DNA of 64,000 bases from Mobula hypostoma (Eukaryota): the NCBI RefSeq assembly GCF_963921235.1, contig NC_086108.1:19158001-19222000 (forward strand), in the 5' to 3' direction. Positions 51,581 through 64,000 of the stretch are shown one piece after another. Under the pieces are notes generated by a model. The model made no database searches and was not told where the DNA came from. It saw only the letters and a program-made list of their open reading frames with translations. The position numbers were made by a program, and so were the translations under genes. Numbering within the stretch: position 1 is the first letter of the stretch; each line of letters begins with the position of its first letter.

Positions 51581-53019
51581 TAGAAATCCCAAAAGTTGTG
51601 TGCATGCCACCAAATTCATTAATTGCTGGTAATCTTAAAGGCAACTATAAACAACAGCAATCTCTGTCTAACTCATATCTTCAATAACGTAACTGTTCCA
51701 GAGCTTGGGGACCTGTTGAAGCAAACCTTTCCTATAAATGATATTTTGTGTAAAAATTCACTATACTTAGGTTGAAAGTCTTGATCCTTAAATTATGGTT
51801 TTAGTTATAAACCCACTTTCCCATATCATGAGATGAGCAATGGCTGGAATTTTAATTTATGTTCTTAACCAGCCAGCACATTCATGAACCCTGTTTTTAA
51901 CTTAACCAGATTTATATTATGGAGAAAGAATCGGTTCTTAGTGAGCATGTAGGAGCTTTGTAGAGCTGAGCCAAGCTTCGCAATCTTTAAAATTATTTAT
52001 ATGCTCTCAAACTTCCTGTATCCTATCTCACGGGCAATATATATATTTAAGCAGAGGATGCTAACAAAAGCGGACCACACCAGTGCTATAGGGAGCATAT
52101 GGGGCTCTTTCACAATCGTTATATTTGATATTTTGAGGTGTCTTCTAAAACGGATCACCATGAGGAATTGTTCAATCTCTTAAGTTGTAAACAAACTGTG
52201 ATAGGAAGAGTGTTTTAAAGAGTGAAAATGGTGTGTGCTAAATAAAGACATTACATATATTACTAACTCATCCTTCATGCATTGCAGAGAGCAAGTTGGA
52301 GGGTGTACTGTATTAATACTATTAGATCTTCTATTTCCCTTTTCACATTGTTTGCACAATAACTCTCTTCCTTCAAGAAGGAGATGTTCTGAAGTACTGT
52401 AATGGGGAAACTATTTCCACCAATGCCTTTCCAGCATACCCCATAATCCTACCTTCCCATCCAAAAAGCCTTTTCCAGACACTGTTGTAAAGTAGGAAAT
52501 GCCAGAGTCAATTCGCATATAGTAAGCTCCCAAAAGCAGCTCGGTGATAATGTAATTTTGTGGATAACAATTCATTGGGTATCCAACACTCCTGCTATAT
52601 GGGTGTTATGGAACACTGCCATGGTGTCTTTGTACCATCTAAGTGAACCCACAGTTTAACAGCATATGTAAAGGATAGAACCAGTAACAATGCAACAATT
52701 CTTCAGTGCCAGTTTGGATCCTTGGTCCTCTGAACAATGACTGACTATAGACTAGAAGAGATAAAAACTTTGCCCCCTCAACATGCTAACCATTCTCCCT
52801 TTAAGGTTTTTATTTTCTCTCAGGAGATAAGTTTTTATGGTCATTAAAAATGAATTAGAATGAGAATGCGAACTGAAACTTTTCTCTCTCTCTCACTCTC
52901 TTTTACATAGATGTTAACAATTATAGTGTTTTACAAGGTGAAGGGAAATGGCATTTATCTTTTTAAATAACAATATTAATTTTAAATAATGTTTTAACCA
53001 AAACAATGGTGTTTTCTAA

Positions 53020-53860
53020 GCAATTAGCAGAATAAATAGATCATCTGGAAAATTGAGTGGAGCCATAGGAAATGGAATTTAAGCCAGATAAGTATGAATT
53101 AATGCATTTGGAAGGTCAAATTCTGGTGGGGTGAATGGCAGGCTCCTTATGAGCATTGATGTTCAGATAAATCTTGGGTTCAAGTCCATAGTTTCCTGAA
53201 AGTGGTGACACATGAATAGGGCAGTGAAAAGGGCATTTGATATGCTTGCCTTCATAGGCTGAGGCATTGTGAATTAGAGTAGGGATGTCATGTTGCAGTT
53301 CTACAAAACATGGGTTAGACTGCAGGGAGCATTATGTACAAATCTGGCCACAACAGAACAGGAAGGGTGTGGTAGCAGTGAGAGAGTACAGAAGAGATTC
53401 GCGGGATGCTGTGTGGAATAGACGGCTGTAGTTATAGGGGAAGATTGGGTAAACTTGGATTATTCTAATTGGAATGTAGAAGGGTGGAGAATGACTTTAT
53501 AGAGGATTACAAAATTGTAAAGGGTGTAGGTAGAACAGATAGTCTGAATTTATTTTACCCCGGGAGGGAGAGTTCAGAACTAAAGAGTCCAGGTTTGAGG
53601 TTTATTGGATCAAATGGATGCTTTTCACATGGAGGCTGGGGAATATAGGAATGAACTGCCAGAGGAGGTGGTAGAGGCAAATACAATTTCCATATTTAAC
53701 AGGCGTTTGGACAAGTGCGTGGACAGAAAATGAGTACTGAGGTACGGGCCAAACTCAGATAAGTGAAATAGTGTACACAAGCATCACAGTTGGCATGGAG
53801 AAGTTAAGCCGAAAGACACCGTTTCTGTGCTGTACCAGTCTATGATCGCGGATTCTATGA
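53020..53860 (+). mobile_element. Old CR1 3' fragment
   Basis: ggaatttaagccagataagtatgaa, cttgggttcaagtccatagtttcctgaaagtgg, gtacagaagagattc; tail ctatgatcgcggattctatga. Confidence 0.75.
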
Positions 53861-53936
53861 AAATATATACTCTCGATCCTTCCGAATACCTTTGTCTCGC
53901 TAGTATAATAATATTGTATCTGACAGAGAGGGAGAG

Positions 53937-53938
<2 letters not shown>

Positions 53939-53988
<50 letters not shown>

Positions 53989-53989
53989 G
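53939..53989. repeat. (GT)n(GA)n compound microsatellite
   Basis: Directly visible. Confidence 0.95.
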
Positions 53990-55151
53990 GGAAGCAGAGA
54001 TCCGTATGAATGTGTGAGAGAGATCCATGTGTGGGAGAGTGTGTGTGTTAATGAATTATAACATCCGGTTATTCATATCTTCAGATTAGCCACGAATTTC
54101 AACTTCGTACAGTTTAGGTGGAAATGGTTGAGCAAACGATTAATTTCCTTTTACCTGTGAGGAATCCGGCGAGAAATCATCTGGTGTCAGTTTAGCTTGT
54201 TCGGTCGCAATCTTAGCAGGTAGTGTGTGTTGGAATTGCAATCTAAAACTTGAGATTTACACCCTCGCCTGTCAAGCAGGCCGATGCTGAACATTAGGAA
54301 CATAAGAAGGCCGGATGCGTGTTTTTACAGGTGAAACCGCCACATCCCGCAGGTAACTGAAGACGCCAAAGCGCTAGTCCTAACAGTGACTTCTAGATAC
54401 CTGCAGCAATATTCCCCACGACCAGGATGGTATAAAAATTATCCTGACTAATAAAAAATATCATTGTCCTCCCCAAAGTATAATAATCCTATTTCAAAAT
54501 CACAATTTATTAGTTCGACTGTCAAATACTCGATGTCTGTGAAATACACTTTAAAGCCCTTGCAGCGTTAACTATTGCGTTTTGGCGCAGATTCAACATG
54601 TTTAGAGTTTGCTTCGCCTTACTTAAAAGTATGAATCATTGTTTAAAATATTTATAATAATCTCTTCGACGGGATTACTGGATTGTGCGAACTGGTAACG
54701 CAACAAAATTACACCATTGAACGAAAAATTGTATCATCAGAAAAACATCGAAAATATATCTGTATGCGTTATAAATTAAGTGTGAAAGAAGAAACAGGCG
54801 TTCCCATTGACATGACGGGAATGTCGCGGAGCAAGTTCCTAGATTGGCCCAAACGGCAATAAGTAGTGAATATATTTAAACTTCAAGTCAATAGATGAAG
54901 GAATTGTATGTACAATATCTATGCATCAATCCTTCTCGAGTCTATTATATGCGCCAGTGCATCTACATCTGTGTGCATATCTATTTGGGTGTCTATCTGT
55001 GTGCGTATATGTTTAGGTCAGTGTTTATCTTTGTACGCGCATCTGTGCCTGTGTTGTAGTGCATTTATGTGTATGTATAAGTATTTAATTGTTTGTTTTT
55101 GTGTGTCCATCTCTATATGTGCGTGCGCCTGGGGATCTATTTATCAAAGAT

Positions 55152-55270
<119 letters not shown>

Positions 55271-55399
55271 CAGATATGTCTGTGTGTAATATACGTGTGA
55301 GTCCCTATATGCTCGTATTCATTTATGCCTGGGTGTTTGTGTGTCTACGGCTCCGGGAGTGTTCCTCTATGTTAGCGTGTGCCCGAAATAGTTGGAATT

Positions 55400-55476
55400 A
55401 AAATTTAAACTGATTTGCACTTCATTTCCTCCACAAAAATTTAAACTGATTTGCACTTCATTTCCTCCACAAAATT
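55400..55476. repeat. 36-bp tandem duplication
   Basis: aaaatttaaactgatttgcacttcatttcctccaca occurs twice. Confidence 0.9.
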
Positions 55477-56346
55477 CTCCAAGACAGAGAGACAGACAGC
55501 AGCCTCTTACTGCCCGCTCCCGTCCTGGTAAAGTGGAGACTGCAACCCTGAGATGACTTCCGAATAAATTGGAGCAACCACTTTCGCTCAAACCTAAAGT
55601 CTGGCCTCACTTCGGTAGTGTTTTTACCCACCGGGTCCCTCCCCCTTTGCAAAGTACCGTATGTGAGCAACTCTCCGCACCAGTCTCGGCACACGCAGCA
55701 GTTGTTGCTGCAGTAACAATGGCCCTCCTTCCATCACACCCCAGAGAGGTTGTGGGAGCAGGCGTGGAGACTGGGCACTTCACCCAGGAGGGGAAGGGGT
55801 CGCTGACAAACTTTGAGGGAATCCTTCCCGGTGAAACACGGCTCCCATCTGTCAAGCTGAATTAGAAGATTATCTTCAATTTAAACAAATTTACAAAGCC
55901 ACATATTCCGAATTACACACGTGCACCAAGGCCCCTACAGGGTATTAGACAGTGATCAGAACTCCGCCACCGGTGTTCACCACATGCCGAATATACAGTT
56001 ATCTAGAACTCCGCCGCCGACGTAACATTCGGCCCATAACCTATCCTAAATAGGCATTTACAAATAAATGATTATATTTCACTCCAACCTAATGTCCTGG
56101 AAAATATATAATTACATATAGGGACGATTTGCAATAGGATTGGGTGCGAGGTGTTCATGGTTGGTTAAATCTACCGTTCACGGTTAAATGTAATCCATGC
56201 GGGGACTTTGTTAATCTCTGTCCGATGAACTCCATATTAATAGAGTAGAGTGTGAAATTGCATTAGGTTCGGAGTTTTAATTGCTCTTGGTATCCGACTT
56301 TTACATAGAACGTGCAGTAGTGCATGTTCGATAGGTTCGCGGGTAT

Positions 56347-56348
<2 letters not shown>

Positions 56349-56393
<45 letters not shown>

Positions 56394-56462
56394 TGTGTCC
56401 GCGCGCATGAGTGTGTGTGTGTGTAAGTGTGTGAGTGTATGTGTGAGTGCGTACGCGCGTGT
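56349..56462. repeat. (GT)n microsatellite with degenerate extension
   Basis: Directly visible. Confidence 0.9.
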
Positions 56463-59400
56463 CTTGGTGTGTTTGCATGTAGATGTGCTTTTACAGATGA
56501 CTGGGTGAGAAGCGGATTTGTATAAATGAAAATGTGGCCTTAATGAACAAATGCCGACTGAAGTTCCGAAGAAACAGAGGCAGGGCCGGCGCCGGCCGCT
56601 CCGTTAGTCCGTAAGATCGGGGCATCAACCCCACTTCCCTGCCTTTTCCCCGAATCTCTTTGATTTTGCCTTTGGGCAATAATAAATCAACGCAGACAAA
56701 TTAAGACACGCAATGATTGCCGTTAATGATCCTAAAACGTTGGCGACAGAATCCCCAGGTGGTTTCGAATGTATGGACAGAAATGTAGGTGTATGGCTGA
56801 ATGTACTCAGGTGTAGCTCCGCGCTGCTGTTGGGATCCGTATGTGTAGCCGTCGATGCGCGCTCTGGGTGAATACTTGGGTAGGTAATCCAATAAGAATG
56901 AGTATCTGAATAAGTGTGTGCATCTCATCTACGTGTCTATAAGGCTGTTTATCCGGGCTTCAACATATTGACAATTATTGGTTGTAGCTATCTGTTTAAC
57001 GCATCGCGTTCGTAAAAGTTATTTCATAATACTGCCCTCCCTCTACACATATTAATGATAATGAATGTACAGACTAGCGCGGCTTTTCATTATATATTGC
57101 TCTGGACGTGAGTTGTTTGAAAATGTGAAACCTTTTAAAATAAAACATCCGCTTCACTTGGATATAAATGGATTGTGTACACTAGTATATGTAGAAAATT
57201 CGGGGCTGAATAAAACTTCGAGCCAAACAGCCCCCCGCCACCCAAACCTCTACGAACGAAATGCATAATATTCGCGCTTATACAGCTGTCACTGCCCATC
57301 CCCTGGTGAACCGAAACCCGCCGGCGGGGGATTCATTCGGGGACAACCTTGAGAGACCTGGGTAGTGAGATAATCTCCTCACCCGCTCCTTCCAAGCGCC
57401 GGCCTTTCTTTAGAATAGTTTCCCAGTCTTTCGAAATCACTTTTTGTTTCAGGAGTTAGCGCTAATCGTCAAGTGAGGTGTTTGTGATAATCTTCTGATA
57501 AAATAAACAAAAAAAGTGGAAAAAATTCATGCGCAGGCTGGCAAATTTGGGGAATACGTTATATTCGCTTAATTGCAACAGGTCGATTTAACTTAACTGG
57601 GAGTCAGAAAAGTCGATATACCTTGAGGAAGCAATTGTAACGTTTGGGAGAGCGCCGGGCATGGAGAACACGCCAAGGACACCATAGTTCTCCTTTATAA
57701 CGATCTGGAAAACTCAACACTCCAGGATTAGAGTCATACAATTTACATTAGTTTAGCAATGCCCCCAAACTTCTAAACGACATCCGTGTCAAAACAGTAA
57801 CGTACTGTTTGTGTTCCCTCTTCTGTCTGTATGATTTCGCGCAGAAAATGGTGGAGAGATTCACAATTTTTAAAATTGTAAATAGTATTTAGCACCTGGA
57901 AGTGTACTGGAAAGATGAAATGTGGATTGTTTTTTCCGAAGATAGACACAGACATATCGTGATGGAAAGACAGGGAGAAGTCGGTCCTCTCTTCGGCCCC
58001 ATTCGCCCGGGTCACCTCTTATGCGTTTCAGTTCTCGCATTCTGCCAGAGTCCTATCCATTCTGATTTTCGCGTTCTGTCCTAGGCCCTCCGCTGCTCCC
58101 CTTGCAGCTGCTGGCCTATCCCTGTTTTTTTCGCTATTCTAGTACACACACAAACTCTTTCTCTTTCTCTCCTGTGTCTACCTGCCATCTGCACTCTCGG
58201 TGTCTCAGTGTGTTTGTCGCTGATCTACTGAAGTGTGTATATTTGTCCTTAATGTTTGCAAGTTATCAACTGCACAAGCAAACAATGTGCTCGAAATATT
58301 CTGTTAAAATACTTTTTTTTAACAATGAGGCATATAAAACTACACCACAGCAACATAATCATTTGATGTCAAGATACCTTGAAAGTCTGTCCGTTTAATG
58401 GCGACACTCGCCTGTTGCAAGCACAGAGAGATGTTCACTGAAAATCTCTTTTATCTATTGTTTAAACTTGTTAGCTTTGGGACGGTGCGAGCAGCGGTGC
58501 AGACGGAAGTGAAAGTTCATTAATATTTCTGATGCTCCCCGAGAGCTTCACTGTATTATAAAAATATTCCGAGTATTTAGTATGAATTTGACGGCACTGT
58601 CAATTACGTGGTCTCTATGCACCGACTCTAACCGGTGCCGGCTTTAATATAGCCCTGGATAATTGGAATACCCGCTCGACGCTTCAGATTCTTTCTTCCC
58701 CACACGCTCAAGCCACGCAATTTTACTTGATCGTTTTACTCATTCCCCATAGAGATCGCGATTCCAGCTTCAGACACTGGATTTCATTTAAGCAAAATCA
58801 GTGATGATTTCCAAACTTCAAATATATAGCCCACAGGAGCGGCGTGAACCCCCTAGGATAATACAATGGGTTTATTTTCTAGCAGAAGTTTTAACAGCGA
58901 AAGTTCGACGCGAGTGTATGACGGATTTGCTTTTGTTCCTGCCGATTTGGGAATTACATTGTAAATTCAGAACCGAGAAAGTCTTCTCTGGGGTCATCAG
59001 TACTTCATACCTTGCTCTCTGCAGCGCTCTTCCGCGACAACTCAGTAAATTTGCGTTAAACTGCGACAGCATAAAAGGATTTTTTAAAATTCCGAATTTT
59101 ACAAAATGAGCAGGCATTTTAACATTGCGGGGGAAATTGAGGAGAATTTGAAGGTTTGCAGTTAGAAGTTCAAAATCTGGAAACAACTATGAAAGATTGT
59201 GTGCGTCCTGAAACAGAATCAGACGCGAAATGGCTCCAACGAAAGCAAAGACACCGCTCCACTTCCGTGTCTGAAACTGTAATCAAAGTGCGTACATAGT
59301 TTCCACTTGAACAAGTATGTTCAAAGACAGAAGGTGTGTGAATGAACATGTTTGCCTTTCTATATTATATATACGCTTGCGTTTATCGCTTCGATATCGG

Positions 59401-60339
59401 CTGTGTGTAAGAAGTTCGTTCTGTCTAGATTCAGGGGAATTTACACGTGCCAGTATACAATGGGCATGCACGGTATATATACATTCGCGCAATAATATTG
59501 TTGAACTATCATTTGCAAAAATAATTACATAGGGATTTGTGATATTTCCTGGGAACAGCAGTCGCGCATCCTCGTTTATTTGAGAATGAATATTTCACAA
59601 ACCGTGTATTGAAGACGTTATTTCATTAAATTATGTAAGTTACATACATTCTGTATGGCTTTTGCCGTTTTTTAATGTTTACGAGAAGTGCGATGTAAAT
59701 ATCACAGTGTAAAGTGTGCATTGTACGACAAATTTGGTTTACCAATGTTGTTTTTATGCGCTTATTGTGTATTTCATATAGTATATATGTATTGTATGTA
59801 TATGCCTGTTCCTAAGTTGTATGCGTATTCGGCATTTTGACCATCGTGCATGTAACTAAAATATTCATTGTCTAGAATTTGCATACTGTTGGATATACTG
59901 TAAAATGTTAATTTTATTTATAGATTTGTATATCGTTCGTTCAATTTTGACTTTACGTATATTGAAAATAATATACACCCTGCGTTTATTTTCTTAATAT
60001 TGCGTGATATATATTCTATATTTTGTTTCTACTGCGGTACTGCTTAATATGAATTTTGTATTTGTTTTGACATGCAGGTTGCGTAACGTATTTTGCATAC
60101 TTTCATTTCCAAACGATTCTGCGCATCCTCTATATAATACACCCAAATCTTTCTCTAACATTTTGTTCTTGGTTCGACAAACATCAACATGCAAGTTATG
60201 AGTTTACAAACCGCATGTGAACTGTCTATTCATGTTTTTTAAAAGACTCATTTATATAATTCTGAGTATGAAATCTCTGTGCCGTAACATTAAACCTGGA
60301 ACATAATATGTAAAGCAATGATGGAAATAAGGAACTCAC

Positions 60340-60406
60340 CATGAAGTGAAGCTGGAGTCTGGGCCGAATGCGGCAAACTTCCTTCCATCTTTAGTCCGTC
60401 CAACAT
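60340..60406 (-). CDS. LMX1A: LIM homeobox transcription factor 1-alpha-like, first coding exon (MLDGLKMEGSLPHSAQTPASLH + 1 nt)
   Basis: ATG at 60406-60404. The N-terminus MLDGLKME matches the LMX1A/LMX1B start. The exon ends in a G|GTGAGT donor (actcac at 60334-60339 on +). It is 67 nt, phase 1, and joins in frame to the LIM exon at 47903. Confidence 0.9.
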
Positions 60407-60455
60407 AGTCTCGTGCGAGGGGGCAGCTGAGTAAGGAGAGTAAGGCTTGTCAGCT
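60407..60455 (-). other. Splice acceptor and 20-nt 5'UTR preceding the ATG, implying an upstream exon
   Basis: The minus strand reads CTGAC (branch-like) aagccttactctccttactcAG|ctgccccctcgcacgagactATG, so the exon would start at 60426. Confidence 0.65.
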
Positions 60456-60800
60456 GGGCCAGCGCTAGTGCATGCAACCGGTAATCTCTCGCACTCGGGC
60501 CTGCCTGGTTCCCGGCCTCGGCCCTTCAAGCGGCGCTCGAACAGCCCCGCTGTTCGGCGTGGCACAGGGGAGAGGAGAGGGGCCGTCGGCAGCCGCCAGA
60601 GAGAGAGGTCGCCACACAACTTTCCGCCCGTCTCCTTCCCTCCTTCTCTCACCGCGCCACCCACCCACCTCCACGCCCCTCGCACTCTCCTCCTCAGAGT
60701 TACCGATCTCCCCCAGCGGGACTGACGAGTTCTCTGTGCGGGCAGAACTACGAGAGAAACTCGTTGGAGCACTGATCCGCGAACGGACGCGCAAATTACT
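60420..60800. promoter_or_regulatory. GC/CpG-rich island immediately 5' of the ATG exon
   Basis: Dense CpG/GC (ggcggcgctcg, gccgtcggcagccgcc, ccgcgccac) against an otherwise CpG-poor, AT-rich window. Confidence 0.65.
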
Positions 60801-63310
60801 ATCGAAATAAGAAATAATCAACTCAACTGGGATGCAAATCAAATCTAAGTGTTTGACCCAGGATTTCTGCTAACATTATCAAAGATAAATCATTATTTTT
60901 AAAAAGCACAGCCCGCACGCATAAATAGCAAGCATTTACGTTGCGCCTTTTTACTTTAACTGACTTTGGTTTTCTTCTAACCACGCCCCCAATGGAAAAA
61001 AAATCTCTCTAATGTTGGAAATGAATGAATGAACCCCAACATTTAGACACACATACACGCCCCTCCCCGAACACAATAAATATATAGTTCTGTCACACAA
61101 ATCAACCGACAAGGAAACGGAAAAGGGGGACCTTTTCTGCGTCTTGTGTTCAGCGAGAATATTAATTCTCCGTGACGCGTCTTCTGAAATCGGCAAGGCT
61201 GCACAGGCAGGGAGCGGGAGAAGAGATGATAGCGGACCTGTTCCATCAGATTCACATGCACACCGTCCAAAACAGGGAGCTGAATTAATTTTACACTTCC
61301 GTCCCGAGTAACCGATTTTTAAAATGTCGATCACTGTATGTCGATATAATTGAACTTCGCTCCCCCACCACTAAATAAATCATTCGAATTATCGTTTAGT
61401 AAATCGGTTTAAAATCGTTTAATTATAAAACAAAACAACGACGGTGTCTTGTGCGTTTTTAGCTAAAATTCTACATAGTTTGGCGTGTAACTGATCTCTG
61501 TGAAATTTAAAGAACCATATTTAAAACTAGAAAACGATTTCGATCATTAGTAAAGATGAAAGTACACGTTTGAACAAAGTTCACAATTCTCATTTAAAAC
61601 GCTTTCCGTTTGATTTGATTTTCAAACTTTAAAATGAAAGAATTGGACACGTGAAATAAATGGGTCAGTTTAACAGTGTAGTAAAAACAGAGCGTTACTT
61701 ATTTTGAAAAGAGATTATTATTTATAAAATGAAAATACGAATAAGGGCGGCCTGTAAATATTACACTCGTTTGGATAGTAACATTTTCTTAGAATTAAAA
61801 ATTTAAATGAACCAAAACATTTATGGGAAACTGTAAAAGTTAGCTTACCGATTAATAATTAACTTCAAAAAACAGCGTGTAGTAAGTGGTTTCATATCTG
61901 TCATCAAGACTCTCCGTGAATGCCAGTGGCTATCTGACGGATTCGAGCTAGCTGATAGTGATTGAAATCGCACAATGCCGCAGATCTGCGATTAAAGCTA
62001 CCTGCTTTTTAAAATTTTCCTCCAATAGCTTTCAGATAAAAATAAAGTCTGTCTATGTGGGTTTTGTTTTTGCTCATTAATTCGATCACAAATTACGCGC
62101 ATAGGTAGCAATGTGTATATACAACTCACCGTGATCTCAGGACACACTGACTCTTAAAAGGGAATGGGTTTAACTGGTCATAACTGATCGCCAGATCCCA
62201 GGTAATGTGAAATTCCTCTCGCAGTCCAAAGGTCCCAGCATGTCAAAAGTCCAACTCCCCAAATTCTGGCTCTAATCACCGCTGATGCTAGTCTTCCCTT
62301 CCGTTGTTTGGGGGAGTTAGGAGTGGGGAGGGTGTAGGGTTAACGAGAAAGATTGTCTGATCCTGGCTGCGGCTTCCAGACCTCCCAGTCCCCAAACTTT
62401 CTTCCCAGGGAACCACGCGGTCTTCTGTTGGTCACCTTCACTTCTGGGTTGATCCTGGGGTCCAGCCACTCTGACTGCTGCTCGCTAATCACAAGGCACT
62501 GGGCGGAGGAAGTGTCCACGTTCAGCTGGGTGCAAAAGAATAAATGCTAGCAGAAGACAGGCCCAAGTCTTTCGAGCAAAGATCTCAAAGCGAGGGCAAG
62601 GATGGGCACTGAGCGTGAAGTACCAGAACAAAAGTGCGAAGCTGGGGATGAGGTGGCAACGAGGAGGACAAAATCAATCCGTTTCCGCAGCTTATATTTA
62701 CAGATGCATTTATATATCTTACAACCATTTTACATGCGCGCATAATACACATTTGCCTATTTATTTCCGTAAACGCACACATTTTAATTTACAATGTAAC
62801 TATAAATATACCATGAACATATCCATTTTATTATTTCCAGAAATAATTCTGCTCCCATTCACGTTGCTTAAGGAACGAATAGATCTGTGTATTAAGATTA
62901 TTAACAAAACCAAATCAGTGTGTATCGATAAAAAGGCAAATCTAGCAGAACTACTTAGAAGGGAGGACCGGGCAGCCGCATTCAGTTTCGACAGATTTCA
63001 GTGAATAATTTGCTGTTGCTTTGATGTCTCTGAACTTCCCCTTCTAAGTGAGAGCAGATTCAGGACAGTTGCTCTCCACGCCGCCTGAACACCAAAATAT
63101 CTCTATTTTATTACTGTATAATGAATGTCTGACACCGCGTTTCCCCTTCGTTCTCCGCTTTGACGTCCTATACGGCAGAGATTTCCCGGATCTCGGTGAG
63201 TGTACAACCCGTTATTTATTTTCCCTCAGTCTCTTTTCTCTTTCTCTCTCTCTCTGAGTTTATCTCCCCGAGATTCTGCTTCATAAAACGCCAGAGCCTC
63301 TACCCGGCTC

Positions 63311-63448
63311 CGCGCGCGCACGTGTGTGTGTGCACGTGTGTGTGCACGTGTGTGTGTGCACGTGTGTGTGTGTGTGTGTGTGCACGTGTGTGTGTGCACG
63401 TGTGTGTGTGTGTGTGTGCACGTGTGTGTGTGTGTGTGTGTGTGTGCG

Positions 63449-63502
<54 letters not shown>

Positions 63503-63512
63503 TGTGTGTGTG
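63311..63512. repeat. (CG)n-(TG)n tract with periodic GCAC interruptions
   Basis: Directly visible; repeated CACGTG cores. Confidence 0.95.
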
Positions 63513-64000
63513 ACACACTGCCTATCACCTGCATCTCTCCTTCAGCACCGCATCCCTGTCAGACAATTAAACAACCCCGGGACTCGGTCGCTTAGTTCCC
63601 TTCGGCCAAGTGTGGTGAGCAACAGCACAACCAGATTATCTGGGGGCGGGGGTGGAGAGAAAGTGGGGAAAGCAGGGAGGGAGCACTTCCACAACGAAAG
63701 TGAAATATATCTAGCCGACTAATAGTAGTAACTTTAGTTATTGATCTGTTTTCTCACCCCATTTCTCCTCTCGCTATCGTCTTCTCCCTTCGGCGTTCCC
63801 CTCTCCCTGTTGGCCTATTTACAAGTCCCCTCCATAATCCAAGATTTGTACAGCACAGCCACGGCCCTTCGGCTCATCATATTCATGCCGACCTCTTTGC
63901 CCCTCGACATTTGTACACTCGGGTGAGTATTACCTGAGCGACCGCCTCAGCTCCTCTTGTAGGCGAGACACAGGGACATCAGGGAGGGAGAGTATGTGGA

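Noticed and set aside
60290..60772. 160-aa ORF as a complete protein
   Set aside because: Only 60340-60406 resembles LMX1. The rest is GC-rich UTR/intron read-through and runs past the GT donor.
63160..63722. Cys/Val- or His/Thr-rich ORFs (also 55089-55401 and 56263-56478)
   Set aside because: Translations of (GT)n microsatellites.

Overview
This is eukaryotic (vertebrate) genomic DNA, most likely from a cartilaginous fish (ray/shark), inferred from its repeat families. It holds the 5' part of a minus-strand LIM-homeobox gene, best matching LMX1A. The ATG exon (CDS 60406-60340, MLDGLKMEG...) splices in phase 1 to a 187-bp exon at 47903-47717 that encodes the first LIM domain and is absent from the ORF track. 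I found no LIM2 or homeodomain exon, so 1-47716 is probably one very long intron. That intron is packed with decayed CR1, Rex1/L2-type and Tx1-type LINEs, SINEs, Tc1/mariner remnants, a solo LTR, Penelope-like element (PLE) fragments and minisatellites, with several clear nested insertions. About 54-64 kb is a CpG-enriched, almost TE-free regulatory domain. The most interesting non-genic signals are: (i) a young TSD-flanked PLE-derived unit at 43113-43467 with 86-bp inverted arms, each carrying a minimal hammerhead-ribozyme motif; (ii) a 36-bp minisatellite made of palindromic SOX-like sites; (iii) a CpG-rich solo LTR; (iv) several candidate conserved enhancers. No prokaryotic-type system was seen, and nearly all ORF-track entries are TE debris or noise.
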